The notes beneath the pieces were generated by a model. That model worked only from the letters and a program-made list of their open reading frames with translations, searched no databases and was not told the origin of the DNA. Below, piece after piece: positions 57,899-64,000 of a DNA stretch of 64,000 bases. Origin of the DNA: an uncultured Planctomycetota bacterium (GTDB lineage: Bacteria; Planctomycetota; Planctomycetia; Pirellulales; Lacipirellulaceae). Position numbers and translations under genes: made by a program. The DNA lies in assembly GCA_963719315.1 (NCBI GenBank), contig CAVRBU010000006.1:224001-288000 (forward strand), given 5' to 3'. The stretch's first letter is position 1; each line of letters begins with the position of its first letter.

Positions 57899-58124
57899 GG
57901 CGAGCCACTTTGCTGTCTAGTGGCTTTCGCAGTTACAATCGAAGGTCTCTAGGCTGCGAATTGGCGAAAGCCGGTTGTAGTTGGCCCGACCAGTGTTCTA
58001 GCATTGGCCGGGTTTTTTATTGGACTTGCTTGTCCCTTGAATACGATTATGGTATTATCAAGTATGGTATTATCAAGTCGGCTTGTCAACATGAATTCGA
58101 CAATATATTTTTCAAGGAAGTTTT

Positions 58125-58331
58125 ATGGCCAAAAAGGCAACGCACGGCGGCAAGCGCAAGGGCGCAGGCCGACCACCGAAAACGGATGGCAAGGCTGTAA
58201 CAATCGCGGTAACGGTCCCCGGCGACTTGGCTGGCGACTTAGATAGATTCGCCACGGCTAAGGGCTGGAGTCGCTCTAAGGCTGTCACAGAGGCCCTAAT
58301 GGGCCTGCTTAAGCGCAAGAAGCACGCTTAG
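58125..58331 (+). CDS. Small DNA-binding protein (AT-hook-like + ribbon-helix-helix)
   Basis: HGGKRKGAGRP, then IAVTVP..L...LD......WSRSKAVTEAL. Confidence 0.7.
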   Translation: MAKKATHGGKRKGAGRPPKTDGKAVTIAVTVPGDLAGDLDRFATAKGWSRSKAVTEALMGLLKRKKHA

Positions 58332-58421
58332 CGGAGAGAGGGGGAATCGAACCCAACGGCGCAAGCCGACCCTACGGCGAATCATAAAATCGCTGCGCCA
58401 CCAAGACGCGGGCCGCTCTCC
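58331..58421 (-). ncRNA. Degenerate tRNA-like element (long variable arm, Ser-like ends)
   Basis: 5' GGAGAG pairs with 3' CTCTCC + G; T-loop GGGTTCGATTCCC; D-like stem GCGTC/GGCGC; 17-nt anticodon arm. Mismatches in the T and acceptor stems, and CTA instead of CCA. Confidence 0.55.
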
Positions 58422-58496
58422 AGTGAGTTGGCCCGCACGGGTAAGTGTTTTGTGTCATGCAGGAAATGACAGCGTACTGGGTTTATTGTTCGCGCT

Positions 58497-59360
58497 ATGG
58501 GAAAAAGAAAACCAAAGCCGCCAGGGACGTGCATTTTCTGTGGTCGCACTGGCCTCAGTAAGGAGCATATCTGGTCAGACTGGTTGAAAGAACTAATTCC
58601 CAGAAACACCACTCATGGAGAATGGTCGGAGGGCTTTGAATATGATTTTGAAGAAAAGAAGTTCACCGGAATGCGACCCCTGATGGAAATGACGCGGCAG
58701 GGGTGCATGACGCAGTGCAAGATACGGAATGTGTGTGAGGCACATTGCAACAACGGATGGATGGGGCGGGCTGTGGAAGCCGCGAAGCCTATAGCGTCAA
58801 ATCTAATCACAGGTCAGATGTGCAAAGTTGATGAGGGCGGGGTTCGTAGCCTGGCAACGTGGCTTGCAATTACCACCGTAATGCAGGAATTCACGGTAAC
58901 GCGAACAGTAATGATCCCGCCCGAAGACCGTGCGGAACTTATGCACTCCAATGCACCGCCAGAACATTGGAGTATGTGGATTGGATATTATGGTGGCGAA
59001 GACTGGACGCCGATGGGCCACTTGCATGTCCCTGTGACGCTATCGAAGCGAGTGTCAGAAAATGACGGAACTGAAAGTTACGTCCCCAACTGTGACCTTC
59101 AAATCACCTCCTTCGCTATTCGACATCTCCTGACTCACGTGTTTACCGCTACCAACGTCGGCATGGTGAATAAGTACAGGGAGTTTATTCGGGACCAAAA
59201 TTGGAACCTTGTGCAGATTTGGCCGATTATCCCCAGTATTATCTCGTGGCCCCGCTTCCCGATCCTGGACGGTGAGCTGCGACTTATCGCTCACGAATTC
59301 GCCAGAGTTAATTGGAGGGTTCCAACAGGAAATAGTTTTGGTCGTAAGAACGGCGTTTAA
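58497..59360 (+). CDS. HNH-like Zn-binding hypothetical protein
   Basis: CIFCG...SKEHIWSDWL...VCEAHCNNGWM. Confidence 0.65.
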   Translation: MGKRKPKPPGTCIFCGRTGLSKEHIWSDWLKELIPRNTTHGEWSEGFEYDFEEKKFTGMRPLMEMTRQGCMTQCKIRNVCEAHCNNGWMGRAVEAAKPIASNLITGQMCKVDEGGVRSLATWLAITTVMQEFTVTRTVMIPPEDRAELMHSNAPPEHWSMWIGYYGGEDWTPMGHLHVPVTLSKRVSENDGTESYVPNCDLQITSFAIRHLLTHVFTATNVGMVNKYREFIRDQNWNLVQIWPIIPSIISWPRFPILDGELRLIAHEFARVNWRVPTGNSFGRKNGV

Positions 59361-59576
59361 GACCTTGCACGCCTGATCGAAAGGCAGATCATCGACCAAT
59401 TGATAAATTGTCGTCGCAAGCTCAGCAAGTTCGCTGTCAGACTTTGCATGATGGTCATTCACAGCGCACCCCCAGCGGTGCGCCCGCTAAAAAATCCTGC
59501 CAGCAACAATCTGACCGTACAGTACCAAAAGTCAGGGAGTTTACGTTCATTGATGCACTAATCGAGCGCCTTTGAT

Positions 59577-59661
59577 GTAGGTCCCTTCTGCCGGAAGGGA
59601 CCTCCGTGCGGGTGGAGTGCGCGCACAACCGCTGAGGTCCCGCTCGGCAAGCGGGACCTAC
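59577..59661. repeat. GTAG-type REP doublet (REPIN-like), copy 2
   Basis: GTAGGTCCCTTCTGCCGGAAGGGACCT ... AGGTCCCGCTCGGCAAGCGGGACCTAC. Confidence 0.8.
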
Positions 59662-59793
59662 TAGTGCTTTGTCACAGCTAAAAATTGGGGTTGAGCGCAT
59701 CAGCCGCAGGGCGCTAGCCCCCGGTTTGTGCCGCTCCAACCGGGGCTAGCGCCCCGCGGCTAATCCCAAAATCAAGCTGTGACAAAGCACTAG
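59661..59793. mobile_element. MITE-like element (133 bp)
   Basis: 19-bp perfect inverted ends CTAGTGCTTTGTCACAGCT / AGCTGTGACAAAGCACTAG around an internal inverted pair. Confidence 0.7.
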
Positions 59794-59869
59794 TTGCTTC
59801 TGGTTGCCAAAGAACGAGCGCCGGGGTTTTCTGCGCGGAGATCGAATGTAGCAGATTGGGCGCTGATTT

Positions 59870-61288
59870 CTAGATTCGATTTTTGGCCGGCGCTCGGCCG
59901 CGGGGAATCGTGAACAACCCCAGAATGGCAGGCAGAACTAATACGAGCGATCCTGGCTCGGGAATGGCGTTTGAGGCACTGGACCCAGAGGGTACCCCGC
60001 CAGTGGCAGCCGAACCGGAGCCGGCGGTTTGGCCGAAGTGGGTGCGCCACGCGTTGTATCCGGTCTGCGTGCCATCGGTCTTCCGCCAGACGATGTAGTC
60101 GGCGGCGTCGACGGTGCCGTTGCCGTTGAAGTCGCCGGGAATTGTGAGAGCGGGCGTGAGCAAATACGCGTGGTACTGGCCGCCGATCAGCCCCTGTCCC
60201 GTGATCTGCCCGGCGTCGTTGATGTCGGATGCGTCCAATAACTCCCAACCGGAGAGCGGGTCGATCCGCGTATTCAGATCCACCATGCCGCTGCCGCTTG
60301 TGTACAGAAATGCGTGCTCGTTGATGGAGATATTGGTTGCTACTTCGGACGCGCCGACCACCTGACCGAGGGCACCGACGTTGTAGCCGTAGCTGTTGAG
60401 CCCGCCCAGCGTTGTCAGGTCCAGCATCGTGCCGCTGGTGCCGTTCGGCGTCGTTGGCGTCCATAGGAAGGCGTGGTAGGCCGCGTCCCCGGCTGTGTAG
60501 GAAAAACCTGCTACCTGACCGTTGGTATTGATGGTTCCTCCATAACTCTCTGTTCCTCCAAGGGTCAAGAGGTCGTGCATCGTGCCGCTGGTGCCGTTCG
60601 GCGTCGTTGGTTTCCACAAAAATGCGTGGTAGGCCGCGTCTCCCGTCGTCAGGGACGATCCAGATACCTGACCGCTGGCATTGATCGCGCCCCCATCACT
60701 TTCGGTTCCGCCGAGCGATCCCAAGTCGTGCATCGTGCCGCTCGTGCCGTTCGGCACCGATGGTTTCCACAGAAATGCGTGCGTCGTGGAGTCTCCGGTC
60801 CTGTCCGAATCGCCTGTGACCTGACCAGTGGCGTTGATGCCGTACCCATGGCTGTCGGTTCCGCCAAGCGTTCCCAGATTGAACATCGTGCCGCTGGCGC
60901 CACCAGGCGTCGTGGGTTTCCACAGAAAAGCGTGCGTGGCCGCGTCTCCGGTCGTGGAGGACTCGCCCGTCACTTGACCGCTGGCGTTGAGGCCATTCCC
61001 AAAGCTTTCGGATCCACCTAACGTTAACAGGTCGGTCTTGGTGCCGCTCGCGCCATTCGGTGTGGCGGGCTTCCATAGAAAAGTGTGGTAGGCGGCGTCT
61101 CCGGTCGCGTAGGAAGCGCCTGCCACCTGACCACTGGCATTGAGGCTCGACCCAAAACTTTCCGACCCTCCCAGCGTTCCCAGGTCGGTAACGGTGTACG
61201 AAGCGGCGTGCGCAGCAGTCGCGACCGATAGGGCGAACGCCCCAAGCACGATGATGCAATCCAAGATTCGATACTTTGTCATGATCAT
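59870..61288 (-). CDS. Extracellular HAF-repeat protein with a dockerin-like motif and PEP-CTERM
   Basis: Signal peptide, ~6 repeats of DLGTLGG.ES....IN..GQV.G.S.......HAFLW, GDFNGNGTVDAADY and IPEPGSLVLV. Confidence 0.9.
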   Translation of the reverse strand: MIMTKYRILDCIIVLGAFALSVATAAHAASYTVTDLGTLGGSESFGSSLNASGQVAGASYATGDAAYHTFLWKPATPNGASGTKTDLLTLGGSESFGNGLNASGQVTGESSTTGDAATHAFLWKPTTPGGASGTMFNLGTLGGTDSHGYGINATGQVTGDSDRTGDSTTHAFLWKPSVPNGTSGTMHDLGSLGGTESDGGAINASGQVSGSSLTTGDAAYHAFLWKPTTPNGTSGTMHDLLTLGGTESYGGTINTNGQVAGFSYTAGDAAYHAFLWTPTTPNGTSGTMLDLTTLGGLNSYGYNVGALGQVVGASEVATNISINEHAFLYTSGSGMVDLNTRIDPLSGWELLDASDINDAGQITGQGLIGGQYHAYLLTPALTIPGDFNGNGTVDAADYIVWRKTDGTQTGYNAWRTHFGQTAGSGSAATGGVPSGSSASNAIPEPGSLVLVLPAILGLFTIPRGRAPAKNRI

Positions 61289-61289
61289 G

Positions 61290-61408
61290 TCTCTCGTTTC
61301 TGGTTTGCGGTAAAATCAAAAAGAGTCATCGCCCCCGGCGCGCAAACCGAGCGCCGAGGAGATGCCGGGCCGGTGAGGAGCTTGCTTCGCGGTAAGCCTC
61401 ACCGGCCG
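61290..61408 (-). promoter_or_regulatory. Duplicated structured leader, copy A
   Basis: Near-identical to 63277-63392; two hairpins plus an SD-like GAGAG. Confidence 0.7.
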
Positions 61409-61499
61409 CTTATTCTTATCAAAACCACACCGAACGGGGTCGATGTCTCGCTAAACTCCCCAACGAAGACCCCAGTGGACGGCGATCCGGGCCGCGGTC

Positions 61500-62015
61500 T
61501 CAGCTGCAGCCGATACAGATACCTTCACAGGAGCCCCACGAGCATGCGAATTGCGCGGGGCACACAATGCCGCACCCGCCGCAGTTCCTTGAATCCCATA
61601 AAAAGTCAGTACCCGGCGGGCAATCGCGACATACTCCTTGGTCACAGATCGCAGCCGATGGGGGGCAAACGTTTCCGCAGGCGCCGCAGTTGTGCGGATC
61701 CGAACTCAGCGAGGTGCATGCCCCGTTGCAGCAGGTCGTCCCCGCAGGGCAACAGAAGAAGTTTCCACAACTTCCACAGAGGCGGTTGGTGTTGCCGTTG
61801 CACGCCCGGCAGGCCGCGGCGCATTGGTTCCGCCGCTTCCTGGTGGGACACGACCGGCAGAAGGCGGTACACCGATCCGGCCTGGCGGCCCAGGCGGTTC
61901 CCAGCATCAGTGGGCTGAGTAACGTGCCGGCTAAAATGGACCCGATACTACGCAGCGATTCGCGGCGCGACACCGACACGGCCAGCAACTTCGATAGCTC
62001 ATCGAGACGTTTCAT
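61500..62015 (-). CDS. Tat-signal Cys-rich small protein (Stig1-like repeats)
   Basis: SRRESLR Tat-like motif; repeats D..NCG.CG.VCP; SD GAGG. Confidence 0.75.
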   Translation of the reverse strand: MKRLDELSKLLAVSVSRRESLRSIGSILAGTLLSPLMLGTAWAARPDRCTAFCRSCPTRKRRNQCAAACRACNGNTNRLCGSCGNFFCCPAGTTCCNGACTSLSSDPHNCGACGNVCPPSAAICDQGVCRDCPPGTDFLWDSRNCGGCGIVCPAQFACSWGSCEGICIGCS

Positions 62016-62063
62016 GATCATTACCTCGTTTCTTGATTGAATAGTAGATGGTCAATAATCCGT

Positions 62064-63206
62064 TCAGTTTGCCAAGGCTTGCTCTGCTCCGACCGGCCAC
62101 GACTCGCCGGCGTGCGATTCAGACACGCCTTCGCCAGCCAGCGCAAGAATCGGACCAACTCCCACGGCGACGTTGCTCGCCAGGATTCCCTGCTCGTCGA
62201 TCAGGTAGCCGACGGGTGTGGCGAACATCGCGTACTTGAGCGAAACTTCCCACTGCGTCTGCAACACGATGGGATACGTCAGCCCGATCGCGGTCGCCTT
62301 GGCGCGATTCGCCTCGACGCCACGCCGGCTCACCACCAACACCTGGAGCTCCGGCCGCCGCAAGTGAATCGCCTGTAATTGCGGCGCCAGCTCATCACAG
62401 GGGCCGCAGTCGGGATCGGAAAACACGAGCAGCACGCGTTCGCCCCGGAGTTCCGTCAGCGCAAGCTCGCCTTCGTCAATCCGCGGTAACCGGAAATCTG
62501 GCGCCAACGCGCCGGCCTGCAGCCCGCTCCGGTTCAGACGACTGCGGACCAGTGAGGGATCGTCTTTCGCGCCGTGCGGCGCGAATCCGTTCGCTACCGC
62601 GTCTGGTCTGATCGGGTCGGACGCGAGCGTGGTTGCCAGTCGCAGCAGAGGTTCGGCGCCTACGGCCAGCTCACTGGCAATGCGGCCCGCGCCATCGATC
62701 CGATATCCCATCGGAGTTCCCTGGGCGCCGTACTTCGCGGCAACTTCCATGTGCTCCTGCAACAGGACCAGGCAACGAATGCCGTATTGCTCGACCAGCT
62801 TCCGGTTCTCCGCCGCATCGCCGGTGGTGACCACAACCGGGACCGCCCGCCGGTCGCCTCCCTCGGCCGGCAGGGCGGCCAGGTCGGCGGCCATCTGCGT
62901 GCAGTACCCGCATTGCGGATTGAAGAATACGAGTAGCACATTCTTTTCACGAAATTCGGACAGTTTGCGGCGGACCCCCATGAGATCCGGAAGCTCAAAG
63001 TCCGGGGCGATCGTGCCGAGCGGCAGACCACCGGCTTCAGGCCGCTTCGCCCCGGCGCTCGGCCCCGCGCCTGGCCCGATTCGCTGCTCGATCGCCTCAA
63101 GCCGCACCAAGACTCGGCCAGTTTGGCGCACGAACTGGTAGGCAAGCCAGGTTCCCATGGCGATCAACAGCCACGGTAAAATAATTCCGAAAATGATGGT
63201 CATCAT
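62064..63206 (-). CDS. Double redoxin-domain protein (MauD/TlpA-like)
   Basis: N-terminal TM helix, then two APDF.LP...F.CxxC domains (CGYC, CGPC). Confidence 0.85.
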   Translation of the reverse strand: MMTIIFGIILPWLLIAMGTWLAYQFVRQTGRVLVRLEAIEQRIGPGAGPSAGAKRPEAGGLPLGTIAPDFELPDLMGVRRKLSEFREKNVLLVFFNPQCGYCTQMAADLAALPAEGGDRRAVPVVVTTGDAAENRKLVEQYGIRCLVLLQEHMEVAAKYGAQGTPMGYRIDGAGRIASELAVGAEPLLRLATTLASDPIRPDAVANGFAPHGAKDDPSLVRSRLNRSGLQAGALAPDFRLPRIDEGELALTELRGERVLLVFSDPDCGPCDELAPQLQAIHLRRPELQVLVVSRRGVEANRAKATAIGLTYPIVLQTQWEVSLKYAMFATPVGYLIDEQGILASNVAVGVGPILALAGEGVSESHAGESWPVGAEQALAN

Positions 63207-63276
63207 CGAAGAACTCCCAGCAGGGCCATGATTGCCAGCTCGGAGCCAGCGGCAAAAATGTGGCGTTTCATGGCAG

Positions 63277-63392
63277 CTCTCGTTTTCGGTTTGCCGTACA
63301 ATCAAACAGTCATCGCCCTCAGCGCGCAAACCGAGCGCCGAGGAGATGCCGGGCCGGTGAGGAGCTTGCTTCGCGGTAAGCCTCACCGGCCG
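63277..63392 (-). promoter_or_regulatory. Duplicated structured leader, copy B
   Basis: Near-identical to 61290-61408. Confidence 0.7.
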
Positions 63393-63429
63393 TTTTTCTA
63401 TTCACAGGCCAGGGATCAAGGGTCAGGAT

Positions 63430-64000
63430 TCAATCAGGGGTTGTGGTTAGCTCCTGTGGTTTTGGATCAGCGTCTTCGTATATTGGTTGCGTCTCGCTCG
63501 TCTTGCGCTCCAATTCCGCGACGATCTCCTGGAAATCCTCCCGCTCGCGCAAGGTGTCAAAGTCTGTGTTCTGCCTAATGTGCTGGACGTCGCTGTACCC
63601 AGCGGCGACGGCTTGCGCCAGCCACGTCATCGCCCGGTCAGCCTCCTCTCTAGCGAGCCGGGAGCCTTCAGCGCCCTTCTTCTGAGGATCGCGTTCGATC
63701 ACCCCGGCGGCAACCGCTCGAAAACGGGCGGCGTCATACAAGCTTCCGGCATCCGTGCGATGGCGATTCTCCCAAGTGTCGGCAGTTTCCCGGCAGCCTG
63801 CGGCGTCATTCGCTTTTTGGAAGAGCCGTAGGCGAACAAATGTCGCGCTCTCAATCATTCTCGGTAGGACAATCTCGCCCTCCGACCTCTCTAGGCACTC
63901 GTCAATGATCGGCAAGGCCTCGGCGCCACGATCGAGGTCGACGAGACTCGTAGCCATGCCCCACATCGACATCAGAGTGTCGGGGTGATCGGGGCCGAGA
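63430..64000 (-). CDS. C-terminus of a TPR protein, probably a Ser/Thr kinase (partial)
   Basis: LGPDHPDTL, LYDAA, AMTWLAQAVAAGY...DFDTLREREDFQ, typical of planctomycete kinase tails. No kinase domain is visible in the window. Confidence 0.7.
   Translation of the reverse strand, partial: LGPDHPDTLMSMWGMATSLVDLDRGAEALPIIDECLERSEGEIVLPRMIESATFVRLRLFQKANDAAGCRETADTWENRHRTDAGSLYDAARFRAVAAGVIERDPQKKGAEGSRLAREEADRAMTWLAQAVAAGYSDVQHIRQNTDFDTLREREDFQEIVAELERKTSETQPIYEDADPKPQELTTTPD

Larger units (their letters stand above)
55380..59526. mobile_element. IS1-family transposon with passenger genes (4147 bp)
   Basis: Perfect 26-bp TIRs GGTACTGTACGGTCAGATTGTTGCTG (55380-405 and 59501-526). 8-bp TSD AAAAGTCA (55372-79 and 59527-34). 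Internal IS1-like transposase. Confidence 0.93.

Noticed and set aside
59055..59462. 135-aa minus-strand ORF at the right end of the transposon
   Set aside because: It mostly overlaps the HNH-like gene in antisense. The N-terminal part could be real, but there is no supporting motif.
60300..61200. ~156-bp tandem nucleotide repeats
   Set aside because: Explained by the HAF protein repeats; there is no reverse transcriptase or TR/VR pattern to suggest a DGR.

Overview
GC-rich bacterial DNA that looks planctomycetal, probably Pirellulales/Lacipirellula-like. The evidence is the PSD1/PSCyt + DUF1501 pairs, sulfatases, PEP-CTERM proteins and a Gld-type ABC cluster. About 20 single-base frameshifts are spread over unrelated genes, including nadB, which points to unpolished long-read errors rather than real pseudogenes. 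The backbone carries glgP, an acyl-CoA dehydrogenase, lpxK, nadB, ABC/GldG/DUF4340, a PaaK-like ligase, a PQQ-propeller protein, a sigma54 FHA-GAF activator, an EEP nuclease, three PSD1-DUF1501 pairs, two sulfatases, a transglutaminase, an OprB porin and secreted proteins. The most striking structure is at 22103-28313. A RAYT-like HUH (Y1) transposase is bracketed by inverted copies of a non-palindromic ~21-bp motif (AAATGACTCCCGTCCCCTTTA). It is followed by a run of compact accessory genes, each preceded by another motif copy in the same orientation relative to the gene, forming two converging integron-like cassette arrays. One motif copy is split by an IS5-type element. Also present are a 4.1-kb IS1-family passenger transposon (26-bp TIRs, 8-bp TSD) carrying a ClpP-like protease, an HNH-like gene and a tRNA-like element; a partial ISKra4 element with a -1 slippery site; a duplicated two-hairpin leader upstream of two genes; and several REP/REPIN/MITE families. 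All product calls come from motif recognition only; no searches were run.
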